Below, one piece after another: positions 25,901 through 39,600 of a stretch of DNA of 64,000 nt; within the stretch, counting starts at the first letter, position 1, and each line of letters begins with the position of its first letter. Source of the stretch: Macrostomum lignano (Eukaryota); contig NIVC01001399.1 of assembly GCA_002269645.1 (NCBI GenBank), positions 186,001 through 250,000 of the forward strand. Reading direction: 5' to 3'. The notes under the pieces are model-generated. The model did no database searches and was not told where the DNA came from. It was given only the letters and a program-made list of their open reading frames with translations. The translations under genes and the position numbers were made by a program.

Positions 25901-28900
25901 CATGGCGGCTCTTTTATGTTCGAAATGGTGGCTCTTTAATGTTCGACATGGTGGCTCTTTAATGTTTGACATGCTAGCTCTTTAATGTTCGACATAGTGG
26001 CTCTTTTATGTTTGGCATGGTGGCTCTTTAATGTTCTTCATGGTGGCTCTTTTACGTTTGACATGGTGGCACTTTAATGTTCGACGTGGTGGCTCTTTAA
26101 TGTTCGAAATGGTGACTCTTTAATGTTTCACATGGTGGCTCTTTAATGTTTGACATAGAGTCACGTATTTGTTTTACATGGTGCCCATGTAATGTTTGAC
26201 ATGGTGCCTCTTTTATGTTAGACATTGTGCTTTTTTATGTTTAGCAGTTTCGTGTTTTCAAGGTGTTTTATAAAAAAATTATTTTGCACTACTAAGATTC
26301 GAACCCAGGTCGCTACGTTGGCAGTCCAGTCTGTTCGTATCTAGGCTATCTCTTTTCAATTGGAGTACATGAATTGTGGCCCTTATAATTAAATTCTTAC
26401 AGCAAGTCAATTGGGGTAAAAAGTTATGACATAATCAATTTCTCAGTCAGCCAGTATCAGTCTCAGTTCAAGTTAGCAATATTGGTTACGCAATTTTAAT
26501 CAAGTCGTGTGTGCATTTCTTCGGCACTGTTTTCAACTTGTTGTGATGCAATCTTTATGACAATCAGAATTCAGCCAGTCAGTTTTTTTCTCTAGCATTC
26601 TTACAATGAATTTTAGGTCGAAAGAGCTGCTTGACCTTTGCAAAAAAGCATGTTTTTCGAATATTTAATCCCTTTATCATTGAGCAATTTTTTAGCCAAG
26701 ATGCATGTACCGTCCCAGGAAAATTTCTGATCGAATGGTGCAAGTTTGAAGAAAATCGGTTGAGCCATTTTTTCTGAAATCTATCGCATACCTACCCACA
26801 TACAGACAACTCATTTTTAGTATATAGGACTAGCAATCTTCGCCCCCCGATGGGGGACATCTGGATAGAATCTCTGTTCTCTACAAGTAACAAAAAGACA
26901 GCCAAAAATCCTTCAAAAAGACAACAAACAAACTGCTCAAATGAAGTGCATTGCAAAAAGAAATCATCCCAAGACCACAAGCATCCCCCAGATAGCAAGC
27001 ATCCCCAAGATAGCAAGCATCCCCCAGATAGCAAGCATCCCCCAGATAGCAAGCATCCCCAAGATAGCAAGCATCCCCCAGATAGCAAGCATCCCCAAGA
27101 TAGCAAGCATCCCCCAGATAGCAAGCGTCCCCCAGATAGCAAGCATCCCCCAGATAGCAAGCATCCCCAGATAGCAAGCATCCCCCAGATTGCAAGCATC
27201 CCCCAGATAGCAAGCATCCCCGGATAGCAAGCATCCCCCAGAAAGCAAGCATCCCCAGATAGATAGCATCCCAAAGATAGCAAGCATCCCCCAGATAGCA
27301 AGCATCCCCAAGATAGCAAGCATCCCCCAGATAGCAAGCGTCCCCCAGATAGCAAGCATCCCCCAGATAGCAAGCATCCCCCAGATAGCAAGCATCCCCA
27401 GATTGCAAGCATCCCCCAGATAGCAAGCATCCCCCAGATAGCAAGCATCCCCCAGATAGCAGGCATCCCCTAGATAGCAAGCATCCCCCAGATAGCAAGC
27501 ATCCCCCAGATAGCAAGCATCCCCCAAGATAGCAAGCATCCCCCAGATAGCAGGCATCCCCAAGATAGCAAGCATCCCCAGATAGCAAGCATCCCCAAGA
27601 TAGATAGCATCCCCAAGATAGCAAGCATCCCCCAGATAGCAAGCATCCCCAAGATAGATAGCATCCCCAAATAGTAAGCATCCACCAGACAATAAGTAGC
27701 TAGTGCGACAATTTCCTTAGCATTATAGCGGCTCCTTTAAAATTCGCTTACTTTTACGTTTGAAATTGTGTATCTTTTATGTTTAACAGGGTGGCTCTTT
27801 TATGTTATACATTGTGGCTCTTTTATGTTATACATTGTGGCTCTTTAATGTTCGACATGGTCGCTCTTTAATGTTCGACATGGTGGCTCTTTTATGTTCA
27901 ACATGGTGTCGCTTCAATGTTTGACATGGAGTTACGTATATGTTTTACATGGTGGCTCTTTTATGTTCGACATGGCGTCATGTATATGTTTGACATGGTA
28001 GCTCTTGAATGTTCAACATGGAGTCATGTATATGTTTGACATGGTGGCTCTTTAATGGTCGACATGGTGGCTCTTTAATGTTTGACATAGTGTCTCTTTA
28101 ATGTTTGACATGGAGTCATGTAGATGTTTGCCATGGTGGCTCTTTTATGTTTTGCATGGTGGCTCTTTTATGTTCGACATGGCGTCTCTTCAATGTTTGA
28201 CATGGAGTCATGTATATGTTTGACATGGTGGCTCTTGTATTTTTAACATGTTGGCTCTTTAATGTTCGACATGGTGGCTCTTCAATGTTTGACATGGAGT
28301 CATGTATATGTTTGACCTGGTTGCTCTTTAATGTTTGACATGGTGGCTCTTTAATGTTCGACATGGTGGCTCTTTTAGGTTTGAAATGGTGGCTCTTTAA
28401 TGTTTGACATGGTGGCTTTTTAATGTTCGACATGGTGGCTCTTTTATGTTCGACATGGCGTCATGTATATGTTTGACATGGTAGCTCTTGAATGTTCAAC
28501 ATGGAGTCATGTATATGTTGGACATGGTGGCTCTTTAATGTTCGACATGGTGGCTCTTTAATGTTCGACATGGTGGCTCTTTAATGGTCGACATGGTTGC
28601 TCTTTAATGTTCGACATGGTGGCTCTTTAATGTTCGACATGGTGACTCTTTAATGGTCGACATGGTGGCTCTTTAATGGTCGACATGGTGGCTCTTTAAT
28701 GTTTGACATGGTGGCTCTTTAATGTTTGACATTTTGCTTTCTTGTGTTTAGCATTTTGTGTTTTTAAGGTTTTTGAATAAAAAATCTTTTTGCACTACTA
28801 AGATTCGAACCCAGGTCGCAGCATTAGCAGTCCAGTCTGTTCGCATCTATGCTATCTCTTGTCAATTGGAGTACATGAATTGTGGCCCTTATAATTCAAT

Positions 28901-31900
28901 TCTTATAGCAAATCGGTTAGAGTAAAAAGTTATGACATAATCAATTTCTCAGTCAGCCAGTATCAGTGTCAATTTAAGTTAGCAATATTGGTTACGCAAT
29001 TTAAATCAAGTTTTGTGTGCATTTGTTTGGCACTGTTTTCAACTGGTTGTGATGTAATCTTTATCACAATTGGAATTCAGTCAGTCAGTTTTTTCTCTAG
29101 CATTCTTACAATGCATTTCAGGTCGAAAGAGCTGCTTGACCTTTGCAAAAAAGCATGTTTTTCGAATATTTAATCCCTTTAATATTGAGCAATTTCTTAG
29201 CCAAGATGCATGTACCGTCCCAGGAAAAGTTTTGATCAAATGGTGCAAGTTTGAAGAAAATCGGTTGAGCCATTTTTTCTGAAATCTATCGCATACCTAC
29301 CTACCTACCTACCCACAGACAACTCATTTTTAGTATATAGGATTGACTAGCAATCTTTGCCCCCCGATGGGGGACATCTGGATAGAATCCTTGTTTTTTA
29401 CAAATAACAAATAGACAGCGAAATAAAGCCTTCAGAAAAAACAACAGACATTCCCTCTTAAAAACAAAACATCCCAAGACAGCAAGCATCCTCAGACAAC
29501 ATTCAAGCATTGATCCCCAAATAGCAAGCATCCCCCAGACTGCAAGCATCCCCCAGATAGCAAGCATCCCCAGATAGCAAGCATCCCCCAGACTGCAAGC
29601 ATCCCCCGATAGCAAGCATTCCCCCAGACCCCAGATAGCAAGCATCCCCCAGATAGCAAGCATCCCGCAGATAGCAAGCATCCCCCAGATAGCAAGCATT
29701 CCTCAGATAGCAAGCATCCCCCAGATCGCAAGCATCCCCAGATAGCAAGCATTCCCCCAGACCCCAGATAGCAAGCGTCCCCCAGATAGCAAGCATCCCG
29801 CAGATAGCAAGCATCCCCCAGATAGCAAGCATCCCGCAGATAGCAAGCATCCCCCAGATAGCAAGCATCCCCCCCCCAAGATAGCAAGCATCCCCCCCCC
29901 AAGATAGCAAGCATCCCCCAGACAGCAAGCAACCCCTGATAGCAAGCATAACCTGGATACAAAGATACCTTATAGATATCTAGCAACCCCCTCTCAGATA
30001 GCAAGTACTCTCCACCCCCAAGAGCAAGCATCCCCCTGATAGCAAGTATCCATCCTTAAATAGCAAGCATCCACCAGAGAACAAGTAGCTAGTGCAACAA
30101 TTTCCTTAGCTTTATAATGGTTTCATTTTGTTTGGCATGACACTTCTTTTATGTTTGAAATGGTGTCTCTTTTTTGTTTAAAAAAGTGGCTTTTTAATGT
30201 TTGACATGGTAGCTCTTTTGTGTTTGACATGGTAGCTCTTTAATGTTTGACATGGTGGCTCTTCTATGTTTGCCATGGCGGCCCTTTTACGTTTGAAATG
30301 GTGTCTCTGTTATGTTTGACATGGTGGCTTAGTTGTTTGACATGGTGGCTCTTCTATGTTTGACATGGTGGCTCTTCTATGTTTGACATGGCGGCCCTTT
30401 TACATTTGAAATTGTGTCTTTTTATATTAGGCATAATGGCTCAATAATGTTTTGACATGGTAGCTCTTTTATGTTTGATATGGTGGCTCCCTTATGTGTG
30501 ACATGGTGTCTTTTTTATTTTTAATGTTTGACATGGAGTCATATATGTTTGACATGGAGTCATATATGTTTGACATGGAGTCATATATGTTTGACATGGT
30601 GGCTCTTTAATGTTTGACATGGAGTCACGTATATGTTTGACATGGTGGCTCTTTAATGTTTGACATTGAGTCACGTATATGTTTCACATGATGGCTCTTT
30701 TATGTTTGACATGATGGCTCTTTTATGTTTGACATGGTAGCTCTTTTATATTTTACATGGTGGCTCTTTTATGTTCGACATGGCTGATCTTGAATGTTTG
30801 ACATGGTGGCTCTTTAATGTTTGACATGGTGGCTCTTTAATGTTTGACATGGTGGCTCTTTTATGTTTGACATGGTGGCTCCTTAATGTTGAACATGGTG
30901 GCTCTTTAATGTTCGACATGGTGGCTCTTTTATGTTTGACATGATGGCTCTTTTATGTTTGACATGGTAGATCTTTTATGTTTGACATGGTGGCTCTTAA
31001 ATGTTTGAAATGTTGTCTCTGTTATGTTCGACATGGTGTCTCTTGAATGTTTGACATGGTGGCTCTTTAATGTTTGACATGGTGGCTCTTTTATGTTCGA
31101 CATGGTGGCTCTTTTATGCTCGACATGGTGGCTCTTTAATGTTTGACATGGTGGCTCTTTAATGTTCAACATGGTGGCTATTTTATGCTCGACATGGTGG
31201 CTCTTTTATGTTTGACATGGTGGCTCTTAAATGTTTGAAATGTTGTCTCTGTTATGTTCGACATGGTGGCTCTTTTATGTTTGACATGGTAGCTCTTTTA
31301 TATTTTACTTGGTGGCTCTTTAATGTTTGACATGGTGGCTCTTCAATGTTCAACATGGTGGCTCTTTAATGTTCGACATGGTGGCTCTTTAATGTTTGAC
31401 ATGATGGCTCTTTTATGTTTAAAATGTTGTCTCTGTTATGTTTGACATAGTGGCTCTTTAATGTTCGACATGGTGGCTCTTTTATGTTTGACATGATGGC
31501 TCTTTTATGTTTGAAATGTTGTCTCTGTTATGTTCGACATGGTGGCTCTTTAATGTTTGACATGGTGGCTCTTTAATGTTTGACATTGAGTCACGTATAT
31601 GTTTCACATGGTGGCTCTTTTATGTTTGAAATGGTGGCTCTTTTATGTTTGACATGGTGTCTCTTCTGTGTTCTACATGGTGGCACTTTTTTTTGTTTGG
31701 CATGGTGGCTCTTTTATATTTGACATTGCGCTTCTTTTATGTTTAGCATTTTGTGTTTTAAAGTGTTTTAATAAAAAAATGTTTTTGCACTACTAAGATT
31801 CGAACCCAGGTCGCTACATTAGCAGTCCAGTCTGTTCGCATCTTGGCTATCTCTTTTCAATTGGAGAACATGTATTGTGGCCCTTATAATTCAATTCTTA

Positions 31901-34900
31901 TAGCAAGTCAGTTAGAGTAAAAAGTTATGACATAATCAATTTCTCAGTCAGCCAGTATCAGTCTCAATTCAAGTTAGCAATATGGTTACGCAATTACAAT
32001 CAAGTCTTGTGTGCATTTTTTCGACACTGTTTTCATCTTGTTGTGATGCAATCTTTATCACAATTGAAATTCAGTCAGTCAGTTTTTTCTTTCGCATTTT
32101 TACAATTCATTTCAGGTCGAAAGAGCTGCTTGACCTTTGCAAAAAAGCATGTGTTTCGAATATTTAATCCCTTTAAAATTGAGCAATTTCTTAGCCAAGA
32201 TGCATGTACCGTCCCAGGAAAATTTCTGATCAAATGGTGCAAGTTTGAAGAAAATCGGTTGAGCCACTTTTTCTGAAATCTATCGCATAGCTAGTTAGTT
32301 ACAGACATTTCATTTTTAGTATATATGACTAGCAATCTTCGCCCCCCGATGGGGGGCATCTAGATAGAATCTCTGGCACTCTACAAGTATCAAAAAGACG
32401 GCCAAATAAAGCCTTCACATAGACAATAGAAAAACTGCTCAAATGAAGTGCAATGCAAAAAAATATCCCAGGACAGCAAGCAACCCCCCAGATAGCAAGC
32501 ACCCCCAGATAGCAAGCATCCACCTAATAGCAAGCACCCTTAGATAGCAAGCATCCCCAGATAGCAAGCACCCTTGGATAGCAAGGCAAGCATCTCCAGA
32601 TAGCAAGCACCCCCAGATAGCAGGCACCCCAGATAGCAAGCATCCACCTAATAGCAAGCACCCCAAGATAGCAAGCATCCACCTAATAGCAAGCACCCTT
32701 AGATAGCAAGCACCCCCAGATAGCAAGCACCCCCAGATAGCAAGCACCCCAAGTAGCAAGCATCTCTAGATAGCAAGCACCCCCAGATAGCAGGCACCCC
32801 AGATAGCAAGCATCCACCTAATAGCAAGCACCCCAAGATAGCAAGCATCCACCTAATAGCAAGCACCCTTAGATAGCAAGCACCCCCAGATAGCAAGCAC
32901 CCCCAGATAGCACGCATCTCCAGATAGCAAGCACCCCAGATAGCAAGCATCCACCTAATAGCAAGCACCCCCAGATAGCAAGCATCCACCTAATAGCAAG
33001 CACCCCCAGATAGCAAGCATCCACCTAATAGCAAGCACCCCCAGATAGCAAGCACCCCCAGATAGCAAGCACCCCCAGATAGCAAGCATCTCTAGATAGC
33101 AAGCACCCCCAGATAGCAGGCACCCCAGATAGCAAGCATCCACCTAATAGCAAGCACCCCCAGATAGCAAGCATCTCCAGATAGCAAGCACCCCCAGATA
33201 GCAGGCACCCCAGATAGCAAGCATCCACCTAATAGCAAGCACCCCCAGATAGCAAGCACCCCCAGATAGCAAGAACCCCCAGATAGCAGGCACCCCAGAT
33301 AGCAAGCATCCACCTAATAGCAAGCACCCCCAGATAGCAAGCACCCCCAGATAGCAAGCACCCCCAGATAGCACGCATCTCCAGATAGCAAGCACTCCAA
33401 GATAGCAGGCACCCCAGATAGCAAGCATCCACCTAATAGCAAGCACCCCCAGATAGCTAGAACCCCCAAGATAGCAAGCATCCCCCAGATAGCAAGCACC
33501 CCCAGATAGCACGCATCTCCAGATAGCAAGCACTCCAAGATAGTAGGCACCCCATTTATGTTTGACATGGTAGCTGTTTTGTGTCTGACATGGTGGCTCT
33601 TTAATGTTTGAGCTGGTGGCTCTTTTATGTTTGACATGGTGGCACTTTATTGTCTGAAATGGAGTCATGTATACGCTTGACATGGTGACTCGTAGATGTT
33701 TGACAAAGTGGCTCTTTTATGTTCGACATGTGGCTCTTTAATGTTTGACATGGTGGCTCTTTAATGTTTGACATGGTGGCTCTTTAATGTTTGACATGGT
33801 GGGTCTTTAATTTATGACATGGTGGCTCTTTTATGTTTGACATGATGGCTCTTTAATGTTCGACATGGTGGCTGTTTAATGTTTGTTATGTAGTCATATG
33901 TATATGTTTTACATGGTGGCTCTTTTATGTGTGACATGGAGTCACGTATATATTTGACATGGAGTCACATATGTTTGACATGGTGGCTCTTTAGTGTTCG
34001 ATATGGTGGCTCTTTAATGTTTGACATGGTGGCTCTTTTATGTTTGACATAGTGGCTCTTTAATGTCTGACATGGTGGCTCTTTAATGTTTGACATGGTG
34101 GCTCTTTTATGTTTGACATGATGGCTCTTTAATGTTCGACATGGTGGGCTGTTTAATGTTTGTTATGTAGTCATATGTATATGTTTTACATGGTGGCCCT
34201 TTTATGTGTGACATGGAGGCACGTATATATTCGACATGGAGTCACATATGTTTGACATGGTGGCTCTTTAGTGTTCGATATGGTGGCTCTTTAATGTTTG
34301 ACATGGTGGCTCTTTAATGTCTGACATGGTGGCTCTTTAATGTTTGACATGGTGGCTCTTTTATGTTCGACATGTTGGCTCTTTAGTGTTTGACATGGCT
34401 CTTTAGTGTTTGACATGGTGGCTCTTTTATGCTTGACATGGTGGCTCTTTAATGTTCGACATGGTGGCTCTTTAATGTTTGACATGGTGGCTCTTTTATG
34501 CTTGACATGGTGGCTCTTTTATGTTCGACATGGTGGCTCTTTTTTGTTCTACATGGTAACTCTTTTATGTTTGATACGGTGGCTTTTTAATATCTGACAT
34601 TGTGGCTCTTCTATGTTTGACATTGTGGCTCTTTTATGTTTGACATGGTGGCTCTTTAATGTTTGACATGGTGGCTCTTTAATGTACGACATAAAGGTTC
34701 GTTTATGTTCGACATGGTGGCTCTTTTAGGTTTGACATGGTAGCTCTTTTATGTTCGACATGGTGGCTCTTTTAGGTTTGACATGGTGGCTCTTTTAGGT
34801 TTGACATGGTAGCTCTTTTATGTTCGACATGGTGGCTCTTAAATGTTTCACATGATGGCTCTTAAATGTCTTACATGGTGGCTCTTTTATGTTTGACAAT

Positions 34901-36684
34901 GTGGCTCTTTAATGTTTTACATGGCGGCTCTTTTATGTTCGAAATGGTGGCTCTTTAATGTTCGACATGGTGGCTCTTTAATGTTTGACATGCTAGCTCT
35001 TTAATGTTCGACATAGTGGCTCTTTTATGTTTGGCATGGTGGCTCTTTAATGTTCTTCATGGTGGCTCTTTTACGTTTGACATGGTGGCACTTTAATGTT
35101 CGACGTGGTGGCTCTTTAATGTTCGAAATGGTGACTCTTTAATGTTTCACATGGTGGCTCTTTAATGTTTGACATAGAGTCACGTATTTGTTTTACATGG
35201 TGCCCATGTAATGTTTGACATGGTGCCTCTTTTATGTTTGACATTGTGCTTTTTTATGTTTAGCAGTTTCGTGTTTTCAAGGTGTTTTATAAAAAAATTA
35301 TTTTGCACTACTAAGATTCGAACCCAGGTCGCTACGTTGGCAGTCCAGTCTGTTCGGATCTAGGCTATCTCTTTTCAATTGGAGTACATGAATTGTGGCC
35401 CTTATAATTAAATTCTTACAGCAAGTCAATTGGGGTAAAAAGTTATGACATAATCAATTTCTCAGTCAGCCAGTATCAGTCTCAGTTCAAGTTAGCAATA
35501 TTGGTTACGCAATTTTAATCAAGTCGTGTGTGCATTTCTTCGGCACTGTTTTCAACTTGTTGTGATGCAATCTTTATGACAATCAGAATTCAGCCAGTCA
35601 GTTTTTTTCTCTAGCATTCTTACAATGAATTTTAGGTCGAAAGAGCTGCTTGACCTTTGCAAAAAAGCATGTTTTTCGAATATTTAATCCCTTTATCATT
35701 GAGCAATTTTTTAGCCAAGATGCATGTACCGTCCCAGGAAAATTTCTGATCGAATGGTGCAAGTTTGAAGAAAATCGGTTGAGCCATTTTTTCTGAAATC
35801 TATCGCATACCTACCCACATACAGACAACTCATTTTTAGTATATAGGATGCATGTACCGTCCCAGGAAAATTTCTTATCAAATGGTGCAGGTTTGAAGAA
35901 AATCGGTTGAGCCATTTTTTCTGAAATCTATCGCATACCTACCCACATACAGACAACTCATTTTTAGTATATAGGATTACCCCCCACGCCCTCCCCAGTA
36001 GCTTAAGCCCTCTAACTGCACTGCGTCTTGACTCTTCCCACACAAAACCAACTACACCCCCTTCCCGCCGCCGAATTTTTATTGCTTTTCTGAGTGTTTC
36101 AGCCTTAAGCTGCTATGTACATGTACATTTCAGTTTGCGTTGTGTAATGTACATTTATGACTGAACCAATTACAACAGCAAGCCAGCTAGCTGTTCTGTG
36201 TTTTCGTCTGATATTCTACATTGAATTGCTAACTATCTATATCACTCACCAATTCCCTAATTTTATCTCTGTCGTATGTACAGCCTTTTTGTTAAAACAG
36301 TTTCAGGCTACGAGTATATATTAAAAAGAGACAACCACACAATTGTGTGCCTTCTGTTTGCCCTTTTTCTACACTAACGAGAGCCCCACCCCCAGCCCCC
36401 CCCCACCGTGGCTTTAACAACCGCCCACCCCTCCTTTTCAGAAAATCGATACCCTCAGTTTCGTTGTCTATACTCTATCCCCTTCTGCGCGTACAACAAA
36501 TGCACATTAAGCCAGTCCTGGGCGCAACGCGACCCCATTTTTGTCTCAGCCAATCACAATGCAGCAGACGAACTACAATTTTATTATAGCGTAACAATAA
36601 AATCAATGGAATGGAATGGTCAATTTCGTAAATCATACTCAGAACTGCCATTCGAAAGTGAATTCGCTATTTTTCCGGGAAAAA

Positions 36685-39600
36685 ATGTTAACGATAAAAG
36701 ATTACCAAATCCTGCAGTACTTAGGAAGCGGAACGTTTGGCACTTGTAGCAAGGTGTGCTTAAAAGCAGATCCAAAAAAAATATTTGCCTGGAAAGAGAC
36801 CGACTACAATCAGTTCAGCGAATCCCAGCTGCAGATGCTGTGCCAAGAGGTCAATCTTCTGCGTTCATTGCAACATCAGAACATTGTCAGATTTTACGGT
36901 CGCATAGTTGACAAAAGCACTGGTCGCCTGTACGTAGTCATGGAGTACTGTTCCAATGGCGATCTGAGCTCCTTAATCGCCTATTTTTCCGGTGTAAATC
37001 GCCTACTACCAAATTGCCTAGTTCCCGAGTCATTCGTGCGCAGACTCTGTGCTCAACTACTCTCGGCTTTGGACTATTGTCACTCTAGGAATATTCTTCA
37101 TCGCGATTTAAAACCGGCCAATGTACTTTTAGACTCCGACTGGAATGCTAAACTAGCCGACTTTGGTCTGTCTAGAGTGCTGTCATCAATGCAATCATTG
37201 GCTACCACCTTTGTTGGTACGCCAATGTACATGAGCCCGGAACTGCTTGGCGACTCTGAAGCTGAAGGATTCAGTACTCCAAAATCTGATATCTGGGCGC
37301 TCGGCTGCGTACTGCACGAGCTGATGGCGCTGAAACGTGAGTGCTACTGAGAGATGATTGATGAGAGATCTAACATGAGAGGGATGATCAAGACTTAAGA
37401 TTGGAGAGAGAGAGAGAGAGAGAGAGAAGGGGTCTAAGATAAGCGCGGGATGATCAAAGACATGAGATTAGGAGAGAGGGGAGGTCTAAGATGAGCGCGG
37501 AATGATCAAAGACATGAGATTAGGAGAAAGAGGAGGTCTAAGATGAGCGCGGAATGATCAAAGACATGAGATTAGAGAGAGAAGAGATCTAAGATTAGCG
37601 GATGATCAAAGACATGAGATTAGAGAGAGAAGAGATCTAAGATTAGCGGATGATCAAAGACATGAGATTAGAGAGAGAAGAGATCTAAGATTAGCGGATG
37701 ATCAAAGACATGAGATTAGAGAGAGAAGAGATCTAAGATTAGCGGATGATCAAAGACATGAGATTAGAGAGAGAAGAGATCTAAGATGAGATTTACGATG
37801 TGTACTTTCTATTAGCTTCCATGCCTTCCCCACAGCTCCATTCAGCGCTCAGTCCAAGCCCGAACTGCGCCATAGAATTCGAAGTGGTTGCCACGCGGAT
37901 CTGCCCGTAATGTTCTCGCCCAGCCTCCGCCATCTGGCCACCGAAATGGTGGTCCTCGATCACAGCAAGCGACCGAGCGCAGGGGAACTGCTGGGGAGGG
38001 CCGAGGTTCGACTCTGGTCGGTTTCGAAGACCAAAGATTTTGGCTGCACAGTTTACACAAGGGGACGAGCTGAGCTGCAGCTGATGCAGGCGAGTGCATG
38101 CTGACTTTTTGTTAAAAACGGAGGTCAAGGGATAAAGCAAGGGGGTCAAGTCAGTCTGAGGAGATGACATCGGTTTGTGGGGGTTCGTACATCGGTCTGA
38201 GGATAAGGGGGAGGGTTACTCGGTCTGAGGACCTTGAGGCTCAACAAGCAAATAAGTCTATTAACTTTTAGCTGTAGTTGTATTAAGCTGTAGTTGTAAT
38301 GGTCATAAAAAGTTATTAACCGCTACGATCTCATGTCAGGCTGATCTCAGCGATAAAGAAGCGAAATTAGCTGAGCGAGAGCGCCTGCTGGCCGAGGCGG
38401 AAGAGAAAGTCAATCAAAGGCAGACGGAACTGGTTGAGCTGGACAAGGCTCTCAAAGAGAAACAGCAGCTTATTGCTAAAGCGACCGGCTCTGTTACCAG
38501 GCAAGTTGACGGGGCTAACTAATTAACTAACTAACTAACTAACAAAAACTGACTAACTACTCTTGTGGCTATCTAACAGTTTAAATTTTCAATAACCTTC
38601 GCAAAATAAATAATAATCAACTTTCATTACCGACTCTACTTGAAGTAGAAATATAAGGAAGCTATCTAAATTTATGAAAAGGATGCAAATATATTATACA
38701 CTACTACTAGTAACTACTACTTCGCCTGTCCGGAAAGTCGTGAGAATGTGTCAGTCAAGCAAGAAAGCAGCAAGCTGATGACATGGCACACATAAAATTT
38801 CAATAATAGACTTATAGATGTCTATGGTGAAAATTCTTGTTATTCTAGCAGCAAAATTGGGGGCAGGGGCGAGCTCAGCATAAAGTGCTCAATAACCAAT
38901 GCAACGCGGTGATCAAGCTTGAAAATTTCAATAGCGAGTTCGTCAAAATGGAAGATTTCCAGGCTTATGCCTACGCTAGATACCGTCTTGGAATCTCTGC
39001 TATTAGTTGTTATGACGAACTACTTAAAGTTTATGGAGATGCCGCACCAGGTCAGTCAACGGTTTACAGATGGTCCTCAAAGTTCCGTGATGAAGCATTT
39101 CCCCTGGCCTCAGCTCCTCGGACTGGCCGGCCACGGTCAACAAGGACAACGGAACTGATCGAAACCTGCCGAGCTCTCGTTGAAGAGGATTCAAAAGTTA
39201 GTGTCCGAGACCTCGCCGACTTTTTGGAAGTTGGTAAAACAACAGTGCACGAAATTTTGACCGAGGATTTGCACCTTCGAAACGTTTCTGCCGTCTGGGT
39301 TCCTCATGCTCTATCCGAGGAGAACAAGACTGCTCGCATCAATTGTGCCAAGCAAATCCGCAGGCTTTTTTACAACTAGGGGGTGGAAAACTTTTGCGAC
39401 AAGTACGTGGTGGAAGATAAGACGTGGGTGTACCTGAACAACACTGGCACAAAGCAAACAACAGGTGCTGGCTTGGCCAAGGGGATCATCGGCCCCAGGT
39501 TGTCAGGCACTCAGTCGGCAATGCAAAGACAATGCTTCTGGTTGCTTTCACTCCAAGCAAGCGCTTCTCCATTAAATCCACAGCCCCGAAGCAAACTGTT

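Larger units (their letters stand above)
20580..35976 (-). mobile_element. Head-to-tail array of five non-autonomous Helitrons plus a 128-bp 5' fragment
   Basis: Units: 20580..23375, 23376..26829, 26830..29342, 29347..32328, 32329..35848; fragment 35849..35976. On the minus strand each unit starts TC(C/A)TATATACTAAAAATG and ends with a hairpin of the form CCCCCATCGGGGGG, then GAAGATTG-CTAG. Outer flanks give A^TC...CTAG^T, the canonical Helitron AT target with no TSD. No Rep/helicase ORF. Confidence 0.88.

Noticed and set aside
20685-34597. Dozens of GDACYL/MLAIWG/MSNIKEPP ORFs on the minus strand
   Set aside because: Translations of the 18-bp and 23-bp minisatellites inside the Helitron units; open in several frames at once, with no coding signature.
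20580-35976. CRISPR-like repeat/spacer appearance
   Set aside because: Repeats are contiguous with no unique spacers, the DNA is eukaryotic and no cas genes are present.
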